Assembly: GCA_963666835.2 (NCBI GenBank)
Contig: CAXXGO010000003.1
Location: forward strand, 96,001 to 160,000
Reading direction: 5' to 3'
Origin: Phycisphaerae bacterium
GTDB taxonomy: Bacteria; Planctomycetota; Phycisphaerae; UBA1845
Length of the DNA stretch: 64,000 bases
Shown: piece after piece, positions 9,740-19,790 of the stretch
How positions within the stretch are numbered: position 1 is the first letter of the stretch
Layout of the letters: each line of letters begins with the position of its first letter
Translations under genes and position numbers: made by a program
Notes under the pieces: generated by a model
Told to the model about the DNA's origin: nothing
What the model saw: only the letters and a program-made list of their open reading frames with translations
Databases searched by the model: none

Positions 9740-11196
9740 AGTTCGCCGTGAGGCAGGCGGTCCATTCCGAATCGCCCGGCCTCGCGCTCCATCAGCCTCG
9801 TCATCTCCGTTCTCACGTCCCCCGAGATCGGGGACGGTTGGGCCTGTGCCAGGAGTTTGGCGACTTCTTGACTCGCCCGCGTGCGGAGCGTAGTCCCGCC
9901 CTCCGCGCGCCACCTCGATAGGTTCGCTCGATTGATGGTCGGGCCGGGGAAGTAGTGCTCCGTCTTGAGGTAACGGCGGGTGTGCGGCGAAATCAGCAGG
10001 TGCTTGTCTTGCAGGAGTTCTTCGAACCGGGGCACCGCGGGAAAGTCCTCTTGCGGCTCTATCCCGCGGATTATGCGCTGCATCATTCCGCAGATTTCAT
10101 TATCCAAGACCAACTTCTCCAGGCTGAGGCAGCTTTCGAAATCCAGCATTCCCGGCCCGGAGATGTTGTTGATTCCGGACAAGGCCGCCAGAGTGGCGCC
10201 CATCGACGTTTCCAGCCCGGCCTGGGCGTCCAGTTGCTTGGCATCGCTCAGGGAGATGTACGCCTGCGTCGGCAGCCCCAGGTGCTTGCCGATCTCGTTG
10301 TAGGCGCAGTCCATCATCATGGTCTCGATAGCCCCCATCGGGGTGGTTTCGTACCGCACATCGAAGATCGCCGGAGAACCGCCGTACAGCGCCGGCGCGC
10401 CGGGGTTGGTGAGTTGGCTGATCACGATGCCGGTCAGGGTCTCGGCGGTGTGTTGGACCAAGCTCCCGACAAGGGTCACCGGAGCGACGAACCCCGCCAA
10501 GGGCATGGAAACATACTCGACGGGGATCGAATACCGGGCGCAGTCGACGACGTTTTGCGACGTTACATGGCTCCATTTCAATGGGGCGGTTGGGCAGCAG
10601 GAGAACACGGTCAACGGCTTGGCTTTCAACTCCGCCTGTGACCCGCGAACCGCCAATTGCAGGTCTTTCATGACCTCGAACGACTCCACGGTGAACGCGC
10701 CGGTGACGACGGGTTTCTCGCAGAGCACAAGGCTGAGGAAAAGGCGATAGCTATCGGAGATTCGGTCTGGGACATCAGAAGGAACCAAAGCCGTGCTCTG
10801 TGAGGCGATATGGTCCATCCGGCTCATCAACTTGGCATACCTGACGTAGTCGACCGTCGTTGCTGGACGAATCTCCTGAGTATCCCCATCAAGGATGTTG
10901 ATAGCAGCGGACCCGGGCGTGAAATGCACGTTGTTGCCGGAGAAATCGTGGGTCAAACGGCCCATTACATCATACAGCCGGAAAGCCGCGGACTTCGTCT
11001 CCAGAGCGCGATCGATGATCTTGTCGGTCAAGAAGACGCGGTGGGAATCCCGCTCCACATGCGCCCCGTGGTCACCGAGCATCCGGAGGATCCCGTCATT
11101 CGCGATCTCGACTCCCAGCTTGCGGAGCACGGACCGGGCCTCGGCGACGATCCTCTCGATTAGGGCATCATCCAGGAATCTGACAATAGGTCGCAT
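9736..11196 (-). CDS. trimethylamine methyltransferase (MttB) superfamily protein, non-pyrrolysine type
   Basis: APVTLVGSLVQHTAE, SDAKQLDAQAGLE, GMLDFESCLSLEKLVLDNE; uninterrupted ORF with no in-frame TAG; AAGGAGG RBS. Confidence 0.92.
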   Translation of the reverse strand: MRPIVRFLDDALIERIVAEARSVLRKLGVEIANDGILRMLGDHGAHVERDSHRVFLTDKIIDRALETKSAAFRLYDVMGRLTHDFSGNNVHFTPGSAAINILDGDTQEIRPATTVDYVRYAKLMSRMDHIASQSTALVPSDVPDRISDSYRLFLSLVLCEKPVVTGAFTVESFEVMKDLQLAVRGSQAELKAKPLTVFSCCPTAPLKWSHVTSQNVVDCARYSIPVEYVSMPLAGFVAPVTLVGSLVQHTAETLTGIVISQLTNPGAPALYGGSPAIFDVRYETTPMGAIETMMMDCAYNEIGKHLGLPTQAYISLSDAKQLDAQAGLETSMGATLAALSGINNISGPGMLDFESCLSLEKLVLDNEICGMMQRIIRGIEPQEDFPAVPRFEELLQDKHLLISPHTRRYLKTEHYFPGPTINRANLSRWRAEGGTTLRTRASQEVAKLLAQAQPSPISGDVRTEMTRLMEREAGRFGMDRLPHGEL

Positions 11197-11509
11197 GGTC
11201 GGCCTCCTTACGGCGTCAACGGCGCCGGCAGCACCGCAAAGCTAAGCTCTACAATCTGATGGTACCGCGGGGATACCGGTTCCACCATGGTGGGTCCAGG
11301 GGGCGGATCATCGCGTGGCGCGCAGCGGCGCTTGTCAGCCCGGGCGGGAGTGGGCTTAGTCCGATAGGAACGGTCGTATCAGAGCGTCTGTCGCCGGTTA
11401 CGGGCTGCGGAGGGCGATGTTACTGCTAACGCCTCCTGCCGGCGGTGCTCACTTGCCGTTTACCTTATGACCCGTTGCGGCTCGTACCGATAATCATGGG
11501 GACAGAAGC

Positions 11510-13987
11510 GTGATTACTGCATCGCGGGGGCCACGGAACTCGCGACAGGGGTTGTACATGAGCCAGTGTCCGACAATGGCCCAGTTAGGGGGAGTGTCCA
11601 TACCCGACGTCCTGGAGGCGTTGCGCCGGCGGGGCGATCACTACGCCATCCTGAATATCGGACTGAAGCACCTACGGGATAACCCGGACGATCCCGCCGG
11701 TCTGCCGATCGTGGTCAAGTCGTTACTGGCGCTCGGGCTGGCCGGACCCGCCCGCGATCTGCTCCTGGCCGCCGAGTCCAGCGGTGGTCTGGATTCCGAA
11801 ATGGTGTCCGTACGCGACCGGATCGCCACGGCCCCGGCCGGGCGGGTGGGTTGGCGCACGCTGCAAGACCGTTTCGAAGCCAACTTCGCGCAGGTATGCG
11901 CGAGGTGGCCCGAGATGGAAAAGCACGAGGCGGTGTTTCGGGATATTCCGCGGAAGTATGAACTCTTCAAGAGCATTGATGACAACGTCAACATCTCCCG
12001 GCGCGGCTTACGCGGCGGGCGGCAGTGGGTCTACGACTTCTGTGACGTAAACGCCGTGGCATCGGGGGCGGTGTTGCCCCACAACTCTGAGGAGATGTTC
12101 TGCGGTCCGTATCTGATTGCGGGAGACCGATCGGCGTCGTTGTTCCATCGCGTCTTCGAAGCTACGCAGAAGATGTTCCTGACTTTCAGCCCTCGTATCT
12201 ACATAATCGAAAGTGACGTGGCCTCCTTCGGCTTCGGGTTGTATCTGCTCGATACGGTGGATCGCCTGACACACGAGCGGGTAGATGCGTTTGTCGGTCC
12301 GAATTGCGTGGATCGGCTGATTGCTTATCTCGAGAGGCATCCGGATCGAGGCCTGCCGGAATATGGAGTCCGGCTGGCCGCCACCGGCGAGGCGTTGTGC
12401 AAAAGGGCTTTCGACGCCCTTCAGCCGCTTGTCGAATCGCGTCGACGGAAGGCGGAGGATGCTGCAACCGCTGCCGCGGATTATTACGCATCTCTGCCTG
12501 CGGACTATTGGCAAACGCGCTTCGGGACGGATCGGGACGGGCCCTTGCGGGTGCTCGGGTTGACCGGGCGTTTCACGACCTTTCTCCAATACTCGATGCG
12601 CGACTGGGGCGCGGCCTTCGAGGATCGCGGGCACGAGTTCAAGATGGTCTTGGAGGACAGTGACCACGATTTGCTGCCGGCATCACGCATTCCGGAGGCG
12701 TTTGCCGAGTTCAAGCCCGATCTGGTTCTCTGCATAGACCATTTTCGGCCGAAGTATCGGCGGGACGTGCCGGACGACGTCCCCTATGTCGGGTGGATTC
12801 AGGACGCCCTTCCGCATCTTTACGACCGGGAGTGTGGCAAGTCGTTGGGCAAGTTCGATTTCTACATCGCCCGAGACGCCCGCGCGTTGTCTATCAATTA
12901 CGAGTATCCATTCGCGCAGGGCGTCGGCTGGCCGATGACGACGAGCGAGCGAACCTACAGCAACGAGCCGATGACCGAGGAGGAGCTGGCCCCGCACCGT
13001 TGCGATTTCTCGTTTGTGAGCAGCCATTCGAAGCTGCCCGAGCGGGCGCACGCAGAGCGCCGCGACGGCTTCAAGCACGATCCTATGGTCTTGCGCCTGG
13101 TGGATCGAGTCTTCGAGACCCTCCAGGGGAAGCGTGAATGGAGTTCGGCAAACGCCTGTCTGCGGTCCGGGACTCTTTTCCGGGCGATCAAACGCGAGCT
13201 GGGGTTTGTCCCGGCTTCCGAAAAGGCGAACGATCTTCTGTTGACGACCTACGTCTATCCGATGGCGGAGCTCATCTTCCGGCAGTCGGTGCTTGCTTGG
13301 GTTGCGGACTACTGCGATCGGACGGGCCGGTGTTTGCACCTTTATGGGAATGGCTGGGAAGAACACCCGCGATTTGCGCAGTACGCCCACGGCTTCGCCG
13401 AAAACGGGCCCCAGTTGCGGGCGATTCACCAAGCCAGCACCATCAACCTGCAGATAACCACGTTCGGGGCCGTACACCAGCGGCTTCTGGACGGGCTCGC
13501 GGCCGGGGGGTTCTTTCTGATCCGCCGAACACCCGGTGACACGGCACATGAGGTGATGCGGGAGTTCCTTGCGGCAGTACGCGAGTATGGGATTCAACCG
13601 GAGGAGCCGTTTGATCCCGTGGAGCTGCCCGAGTTTGACCGGGTGCGGGCGAAGCTCTGGGAACATCAAGGCTGGCCCGAGCCGGACAAGCGACTGACGA
13701 TTCCCACAGGCGTGATTCGTCAACTGGAAGAGCTGGAGCGGGACGGTTTTCGTCAGGTAGCCGGGGCGATGTTCGAGGATTATGAAGGTGTGTCGTTTGC
13801 CACTGCGGAGGAGTTCGAGCGTTTGGCGGAGGGGTTTATCTCTGACCGATCCTCGCGGAACATGATCACCGAGCGGATGCGCGCCTGCGTGGTGAAGGAG
13901 TACTCCTACGGAGCGTTGGTTGACCACCTGTTACCGTTCATTGGGCAACGGCTGGCGGAAAGCGAAGGGGGGAACGATGGCGCCTGA
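11510..13987 (+). CDS. large glycosyltransferase (Maf-like N-terminal region plus CgeB/GT-B-like C-terminal domain)
   Basis: C-terminal LHLYGNGW, STINL, HQRLLDGLAAGGFFL typical of CgeB-type GTs; N-terminal FEANFAQVCARWPE / IYIIESD; start uncertain (11510 or 11558). Confidence 0.7.
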   Translation: MITASRGPRNSRQGLYMSQCPTMAQLGGVSIPDVLEALRRRGDHYAILNIGLKHLRDNPDDPAGLPIVVKSLLALGLAGPARDLLLAAESSGGLDSEMVSVRDRIATAPAGRVGWRTLQDRFEANFAQVCARWPEMEKHEAVFRDIPRKYELFKSIDDNVNISRRGLRGGRQWVYDFCDVNAVASGAVLPHNSEEMFCGPYLIAGDRSASLFHRVFEATQKMFLTFSPRIYIIESDVASFGFGLYLLDTVDRLTHERVDAFVGPNCVDRLIAYLERHPDRGLPEYGVRLAATGEALCKRAFDALQPLVESRRRKAEDAATAAADYYASLPADYWQTRFGTDRDGPLRVLGLTGRFTTFLQYSMRDWGAAFEDRGHEFKMVLEDSDHDLLPASRIPEAFAEFKPDLVLCIDHFRPKYRRDVPDDVPYVGWIQDALPHLYDRECGKSLGKFDFYIARDARALSINYEYPFAQGVGWPMTTSERTYSNEPMTEEELAPHRCDFSFVSSHSKLPERAHAERRDGFKHDPMVLRLVDRVFETLQGKREWSSANACLRSGTLFRAIKRELGFVPASEKANDLLLTTYVYPMAELIFRQSVLAWVADYCDRTGRCLHLYGNGWEEHPRFAQYAHGFAENGPQLRAIHQASTINLQITTFGAVHQRLLDGLAAGGFFLIRRTPGDTAHEVMREFLAAVREYGIQPEEPFDPVELPEFDRVRAKLWEHQGWPEPDKRLTIPTGVIRQLEELERDGFRQVAGAMFEDYEGVSFATAEEFERLAEGFISDRSSRNMITERMRACVVKEYSYGALVDHLLPFIGQRLAESEGGNDGA

Positions 13988-14693
13988 ACGAAGTGGGTCT
14001 GCGGTTGTGCCGGGCGCTTCCTCGCGATCACGGCGCGAGATAACGCCGCCGTTCGAACTGGGTTTTCACGGCGATCGGTATCTGCTGGAGCTGGTGGGCG
14101 CAGTTTTGCCGCAGGTGGACAACTTCGTGGAGACCGGGGCTAACGTGGGGACGACCGCGCGATATGTAGCCACCGCCTGTCCGAGGATTAACGTCTATTC
14201 GTGCGAGCCGGATGCCGAGGCCTTTGCGGCCGCACGGCAGAACCTCGCCGGGTGCGCCAACGCCGTTGTCTCTCTAGAGGCGTCCCCTGACTTCCTCTAT
14301 CAGATTCACAATGATCACCCGGAGCTTCGGACGGGTACGAACCTCTACTGGCTCGATGCGCACGGCTACGGTTTTCGGTGGCCGTTGCGAGATGAAGTGA
14401 CGTATATTACTGAGCGACAGTCACGTGGCATATTCGTTATCGACGACTTCGAGGTTCCCGGTCGGCCCGAGTTTGCGTTTGAGGTTGCCGCCGGGCAACG
14501 CTGCGGGTTTGGACTGATTCGCGAGTCGTTGGCCGCCGGACGTACGTACCGCTTAATCTACCCGGCGTATACGGAGCACACTTCGCCGCATCATCCTCTT
14601 GTGGGGTACGTTGCGGTGGAGTTTGGGATGAGCGTCGCCGCCGATGCGGCCAAAGCAGAAGGGAACTTCGACATCGTCACGTTCGAATCGTGA
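13977..14693 (+). CDS. SAM-dependent methyltransferase (FkbM-like)
   Basis: FVETGANVG, YSCEPD, YWLDAH, VIDDF. Confidence 0.8.
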   Translation: MAPERSGSAVVPGASSRSRREITPPFELGFHGDRYLLELVGAVLPQVDNFVETGANVGTTARYVATACPRINVYSCEPDAEAFAAARQNLAGCANAVVSLEASPDFLYQIHNDHPELRTGTNLYWLDAHGYGFRWPLRDEVTYITERQSRGIFVIDDFEVPGRPEFAFEVAAGQRCGFGLIRESLAAGRTYRLIYPAYTEHTSPHHPLVGYVAVEFGMSVAADAAKAEGNFDIVTFES

Positions 14694-14745
14694 TCAGCGG
14701 CGCCTGCAGGCCCGTCGAGATTGCGGATGAGGAGCCACTCTGAGA

Positions 14746-15516
14746 ATGCCGAGCATCGTGGAGAACGACGTGACCGAGGCGGCTTTCGCCGAGCAGCCTT
14801 GCGGGAGAATGGCGGATCGCGAGCGCTTCGTGGACATTCACCGGCTCGTCCCGGATCGCGCTCCGGCCATTGTTGATGGTGGCGCCCACGCGGGAATGAC
14901 GATGGCTGCGTTTCGGTCAATGTACTCCTCTTCCACGATTACGGCTTTCGAGCCCAACCCCGAATACGCGGCGTTGTTGCGCCGGAAGTTCGGTGAAGAC
15001 GCGAACGCTGTAATTCATGAGAAGGCGTTGGGGGCGGATTGTAGAACGGTGAAGTTCAACGTCCTTAACTACCCGGCGTCGTCTTCCGTCTATGCACCAA
15101 GTGAGATCAACCACCGGATCCACGGCGCGAAGATGGATGTGCGTCGCATGGTTGAAGTGAAGCAGGTCCGGTTGGACGACGTGATCGCGCCGGGTGAGCT
15201 GGACATTCTCAAACTTGATCTGCAGGGGTATGAGCTTGAGGCTCTCCGAGGCGCCGAACGGCTTCTTCCCGGGATCAGGGTCATTGCCACGGAAGTCGAG
15301 TTCGTTTCCCTCTACCACGGGCAGCCGCTGTTCCGCGATCTGGATTCATTTCTCGAAACGAAGGGTTTTCGTTTGTTCAACTTCTACGAGCTGTACACGC
15401 ACCCCAATGGCCAGTTGACCGCCGGGGACGCGATCTACGTGAACCGGAGTTTCTTCGGGGACGCGTTCGAGAGCGATCTGACCGTAGACGGTGGGGGAGG
15501 CTGTAATTATGACTGA
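14746..15516 (+). CDS. FkbM-family methyltransferase
   Basis: IVDGGAHAG, AFEPNP, LKLDLQGYELEALRGA, TEVEF. Confidence 0.92.
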   Translation: MPSIVENDVTEAAFAEQPCGRMADRERFVDIHRLVPDRAPAIVDGGAHAGMTMAAFRSMYSSSTITAFEPNPEYAALLRRKFGEDANAVIHEKALGADCRTVKFNVLNYPASSSVYAPSEINHRIHGAKMDVRRMVEVKQVRLDDVIAPGELDILKLDLQGYELEALRGAERLLPGIRVIATEVEFVSLYHGQPLFRDLDSFLETKGFRLFNFYELYTHPNGQLTAGDAIYVNRSFFGDAFESDLTVDGGGGCNYD

Positions 15517-16285
15517 CGTTCTCACGAGGCACTGCACCGACCGCGCTGATCCGCCGACCGCGGTGCCGAAGACGACGTCCATCACGGTGACCGATCCGGC
15601 GGTCCTGCGCCGGTATCTGGCGGACCCCGAGTTTCCGATCGTGGTCAGTTTTCCGCGTACCGGCAGCCATTGGCTTCGGATGCTGATGGAACTGTATTTC
15701 GAGCGTCCTTCGTTGGTGCGAGTGTTTTACTACGCGAATCGAACCGACTACCTGACTCTCCACACTCACGATTTGCCGGGCGGGCTGCCGGACGGAATCG
15801 GGGAGGATATGAAACGCCGCAACGTCATCTTCCTCTACCGCCATCCGGTGCATACCGTGTACTCGCAACTCCGCTTCTATGGGGAGGCGCTCGACGACAC
15901 CGAGCGTATCGCGTACTGGTCCGACCTTTACGGGCAACATTTGGACAAGTGGTTGCACGGGGAGCGATTCACTACAAAGAAGACCATACTCACCTACGAG
16001 GGCATGCGTCGTGATCTGGCCGCCGAGTTCCGCAAACTAACCGACCACTTCGGACGCTCGCTCGATGAGACCAGATTGGCGGACGTCGCCCGCCGCGTGA
16101 GCAAGACTGAATTGCAGCGGCTCGTCGGGCCGGAGCGGCCTGAGGTTGTAAACCTGGAGGCGTCTTACGCGGGTTCGCGGGAGGCGTTTGAGCAGGCATC
16201 GTCCTCCGCGGTGTGGGCGGCGTTGCTGGCCGGTCGGCCTTACCTGAAACGGTACTTCGTTCATCTGGCGGAGGGGCGATCTTGA
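15509..16285 (+). CDS. sulfotransferase domain protein
   Basis: 5'-PSB loop VSFPRTGSHWL and 3'-PB motif LYRHPVHTVYS, LTYEG. Confidence 0.85.
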   Translation: MTDVLTRHCTDRADPPTAVPKTTSITVTDPAVLRRYLADPEFPIVVSFPRTGSHWLRMLMELYFERPSLVRVFYYANRTDYLTLHTHDLPGGLPDGIGEDMKRRNVIFLYRHPVHTVYSQLRFYGEALDDTERIAYWSDLYGQHLDKWLHGERFTTKKTILTYEGMRRDLAAEFRKLTDHFGRSLDETRLADVARRVSKTELQRLVGPERPEVVNLEASYAGSREAFEQASSSAVWAALLAGRPYLKRYFVHLAEGRS

Positions 16286-17229
16286 AGTTGGCCCGGATCG
16301 TGCGCAACTGGTCGGGGATCGACCTGCTCCGGCAGACCCCAGGTCGGAGTGGCGTCTGGGGTGATGTGCGCTTCACGATGGACGAAGTCGAGGAGTGCGA
16401 CTATCTGATCGTTAGCAACTCCATTCCACACGACATTGAAGTGGTCTGCCCTCCGGAGCACGTGTGGGCGATCATCGGCGAGCCGCCCGAGCATTTCGCC
16501 AAGCGGTGGCACGTCGATCTCCCGGCCGTGCATCGCGTCTACACAGTTGACCCAGATTTCAGCGGCGACCGCTATATACACGGCCAGGCGGCGCTCCCCT
16601 GGCATGTGGATCGAGATTATGACGAGCTGGTCGGCGCCGTCTGTCCCGACAAGACCCGGACCCTGTCATGGGTGACGACCGGAAAAGCCGTGTTTGCCGG
16701 GCACCGGGCTCGGCTCGGGTTCCTCGATCGTCTTCGGGGACGAATCGAGTTTGACCTGTTCGGTTGGGACTTCGTTCCCGTCGAGGACAAGTGGGATGCC
16801 CTGGCGCCTTATCGTTATTCAATAGCCGTCGAGAACCACCGAAACCCGTACTACTGGACGGAGAAGATCGCCGACTGCTTTCTGGCCTGGACCATGCCGA
16901 TCTACTGCGGGTGTTCGAGAATAACCGACTACTTCCCGGCAGAGGCCATGGTCCTGATTGACATCGACGATCCGGATGTGATCGACAAGATCCGCGAGGC
17001 CATCAGCGGTGATCGGTGGCAGAGTAATCTGGACGCGATTGCCGAAGCTCGTCGGCGAGTTCTGCAGCAATATCAGCTTTTCCCGTTTATGGCTAACGAG
17101 ATTGAACGAATGGAGAGGACCTGGACCGCAGCAGCAGTGCCGCGACGAGTGCTGCTGCACGGCGGCGAAGGTGACCCGGAAGCGTTGCCGTGCCGAGCCC
17201 GTCCGGTATCGGCAGTGATCGGCGGATAA
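16282..17229 (+). CDS. glycosyltransferase family 10 (fucosyltransferase-like)
   Basis: YRYSIAVEN...YWTEKIADCFLAWTMPIYCG motif; TTG start overlapping previous stop inferred. Confidence 0.88.
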   Translation: MKLARIVRNWSGIDLLRQTPGRSGVWGDVRFTMDEVEECDYLIVSNSIPHDIEVVCPPEHVWAIIGEPPEHFAKRWHVDLPAVHRVYTVDPDFSGDRYIHGQAALPWHVDRDYDELVGAVCPDKTRTLSWVTTGKAVFAGHRARLGFLDRLRGRIEFDLFGWDFVPVEDKWDALAPYRYSIAVENHRNPYYWTEKIADCFLAWTMPIYCGCSRITDYFPAEAMVLIDIDDPDVIDKIREAISGDRWQSNLDAIAEARRRVLQQYQLFPFMANEIERMERTWTAAAVPRRVLLHGGEGDPEALPCRARPVSAVIGG

Positions 17230-17267
17230 GTGGACCAATAGGAAGGTGCTCGCAACAGGCGGAACTC

Positions 17268-18695
17268 ATGCGAATCCTGCTACTCCAACTGAATGTCAAC
17301 ACCAAGCAAGGGCAGGGGTACACGTACCAGATCGGGTGCGGGTACTTGATGAGTGTGCTGCGCGCCGCCGGGCATGATGTGTCGTTTCACTCGGTTACCG
17401 ACAGTGATCCCAATGCTCTTGAACGCGTGCTCGATTGTCAAGCTCCTCAGGTCGTCGGGATCTACGTGGTCGCCCCGATGGAGAAGTACCTCGGACGCGT
17501 CGCGCGCAGGATCAAGGAGCGACAAGCGGATGCGATGGTCGTAGTCGGCGGTCCTCACCCGACGATCTACCCCGAGCTTATCGAGGGCCAACCGGATGTC
17601 GACGCGGTCTTTCGCGGCGAGGGAGAGTTGCAGCTTGCCGAGCTGGCTCGTCGCATCGATGCCGGCGAGCCCTATACCGATCTTGCCGGGTTTCGATTTC
17701 GTGTATCCGGAAACATCATAGACAACCCCCTGGCTCCGCTGCTTTCGGAAGAACAGGTTCGCGCATTACCGAGCCCGGAGCATGGTGAGGCTTTCGGGCG
17801 GGCTATCGCCGAGGCCGACGGGCTGGCCCATTTCATGTTCAGCCGGGGTTGCCCGTTTGCCTGTACTTACTGCAGCAACGAGGCATTCAACCGGTTGTTC
17901 GGGTTCCAGTTTCGGGTTCGGGCGGTTGACCAGGCGTTGGAGGAAATCGACGACGCCCTGACTCGCCACCGGATCGACGTGTTGGGTTTTGATGACGATA
18001 TTCTGACCCTCAAGAAGGACTGGTTCGACCGGTTCATTCGGCGTTATCGGGATGAGATCCATCGGCCGTTCTTCGCTAACGTGCGGGTGGGGACCATCTC
18101 GGACGACCAGCTTCGGCTTATGAAGGAGGCTGGTTGCCGCTTGATCCAGATCGGGATTGAATCCGGTGATCCCGACATTCGCGAGCGGGTGCTCGGTCGA
18201 AAGATGAGCAACAAGGCCATCGTCAGCTTGTACCAGAAAGCCCACGCCATCGGGCTCGACACGATGTCGTTTAACATGGTCGGGCTGCCGTACGAGACTC
18301 CGAAGGCCTTCATGGAGACGGTTCGACTCAACGCCGCTATTCAACCGAACATGGCCGGGCTCCACGTGTTCTATCCCTACCGCGGTACGAAGGCGGCCGA
18401 GATGTGTGCGGCCGAAGGCTGGATCGCGTCCGAGAGCGATGACGTTGTGGAACGCGAGGAGTCCATTCTGGAGATGCCGCAGTTCTCGCGTGAGGAAATC
18501 CGCTGGAGCTACCGCAACTTCTATAGACTGATCCGCGAAGAGGCGGAAAGGCAGCAGAGCGTTACTGAAACTCGGAACCGCGCGGGCCAAATAGAAGATG
18601 TCTCCGAGGCGTTGCACGAAGGCGTCCAGGTGCCGCCGACAGGGCGCGGCGACACCGATAGGGCAGAGACAACGATGGACGAGGTTACGGTTTGA
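17268..18695 (+). CDS. B12-binding-domain radical SAM protein
   Basis: N-terminal B12 domain (VVGGPHPT, GEGE); SRGCPFACTYC cluster motif; FDDD, GIESG, MVGLPYET. Confidence 0.93.
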   Translation: MRILLLQLNVNTKQGQGYTYQIGCGYLMSVLRAAGHDVSFHSVTDSDPNALERVLDCQAPQVVGIYVVAPMEKYLGRVARRIKERQADAMVVVGGPHPTIYPELIEGQPDVDAVFRGEGELQLAELARRIDAGEPYTDLAGFRFRVSGNIIDNPLAPLLSEEQVRALPSPEHGEAFGRAIAEADGLAHFMFSRGCPFACTYCSNEAFNRLFGFQFRVRAVDQALEEIDDALTRHRIDVLGFDDDILTLKKDWFDRFIRRYRDEIHRPFFANVRVGTISDDQLRLMKEAGCRLIQIGIESGDPDIRERVLGRKMSNKAIVSLYQKAHAIGLDTMSFNMVGLPYETPKAFMETVRLNAAIQPNMAGLHVFYPYRGTKAAEMCAAEGWIASESDDVVEREESILEMPQFSREEIRWSYRNFYRLIREEAERQQSVTETRNRAGQIEDVSEALHEGVQVPPTGRGDTDRAETTMDEVTV

Positions 18696-18704
18696 AGGGC
18701 GAGC

Positions 18705-19790
18705 ATGTTTCCGGCGGACCGATCGGAGATGCCTGAGCCACTGATGGATAACGATACTAGCCAGTCCGATGTCGGCGAACTGCTTCTTTCGATCGTCGTC
18801 TGTACGTACGACCGACCGGAGATGCTGGCCGGCTGTCTGGAGAGTCTGGACCGGCAGACGCTGGATCGTTCGTATTACGAGATCATCGTGGTTGACAACC
18901 TGCCCGGGTGCGCAACGCGCGAAGTTGTGGACCGGTTGAGCCCCCGCGGGAACATCCGGTACGAGGCGGAGCCGCAACAGGGTTTGTCGCATGCCCGCAA
19001 TCGCGGATGGCGCGTCGCGGCCGGGTGTTACGTTGTTTATCTGGATGATGACTGCCGAGTTCCCGAGCAGTGGCTGACCGTGGCCGCCCGCATTGCCCGC
19101 GACGTGAGCCCGGCCGCGTTCGGCGGACCGTATTACCCCTTCTATACGACCCCCAAACCGGCTTGGTATCGCGACCGTTACGCATCGCACGTGCAAGGAA
19201 ACGAAGCGCGGGTATTGGAACGCGACGAGTATCTCGATGGGGGGAACCTGGCCCTCCGCAGGTTGGTCCTGCAGAGGCTCGGGGGTTTCAATGCCGCGCT
19301 GGGGATGTCCGGGCGGAAGACTGCCTACGGCGAGGAGACGCAGTTGATTCGTCGTATTCGCACAGATATGCCGGACGAGTTAGTCTATTACGATCCGGAT
19401 CTGTCCGTTCGGCATTGGGTGCATCCGGGCAAGATGACCCTGCGCGGAGCTGCGCGCCGGGTCATTGCGGCCGGGCGTTACACGCAACGCGTATTCTGCC
19501 CTTGCGCGGCACCGAAGACCGGTCGTATCCGAACGGCACTTCAGGCGATCGGAGCGGTAATGGCCGTAGCGTGTGTCGGCGTGAGGGGTGTTCTCGTACG
19601 TGATCGCAGGCAATACCCCTATGTGCAGAACTACTGGTTCGAACGCGTTCTACCGAAGTTGCACCGGTTCGGACGGGTGCTCGAGCAATATCGGCAATGT
19701 CCGCCGCGAGTGGCAAACCGCGGCGAGCTTTCGAATACTGCGACAGAATCTACGTGGCACCTGGGGCGACGGGCTGAACATCATGGGTAA
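18705..19790 (+). CDS. glycosyltransferase family 2
   Basis: SIVVCTYDR, IVVDN, GLSHARNRG, YLDDD, GEET. Confidence 0.92.
   Translation: MFPADRSEMPEPLMDNDTSQSDVGELLLSIVVCTYDRPEMLAGCLESLDRQTLDRSYYEIIVVDNLPGCATREVVDRLSPRGNIRYEAEPQQGLSHARNRGWRVAAGCYVVYLDDDCRVPEQWLTVAARIARDVSPAAFGGPYYPFYTTPKPAWYRDRYASHVQGNEARVLERDEYLDGGNLALRRLVLQRLGGFNAALGMSGRKTAYGEETQLIRRIRTDMPDELVYYDPDLSVRHWVHPGKMTLRGAARRVIAAGRYTQRVFCPCAAPKTGRIRTALQAIGAVMAVACVGVRGVLVRDRRQYPYVQNYWFERVLPKLHRFGRVLEQYRQCPPRVANRGELSNTATESTWHLGRRAEHHG

Noticed and set aside
9736..11196. Pyrrolysine recoding in the MttB-family gene
   Set aside because: The ORF is uninterrupted, with no in-frame TAG and no pyl genes in the window.
11197..11509. SAM or cobalamin riboswitch upstream of the methyltransferase operon
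   Set aside because: No recognisable SAM-I/II core or B12-box sequence by eye; a covariance-model search would be needed to exclude it.
17766..19196. Long antisense ORFs (e.g. 17766-19196, 12683-13927, 23598-24863, 39790-41043)
   Set aside because: Shadow frames opposite well-supported genes in high-GC DNA; no protein motifs.
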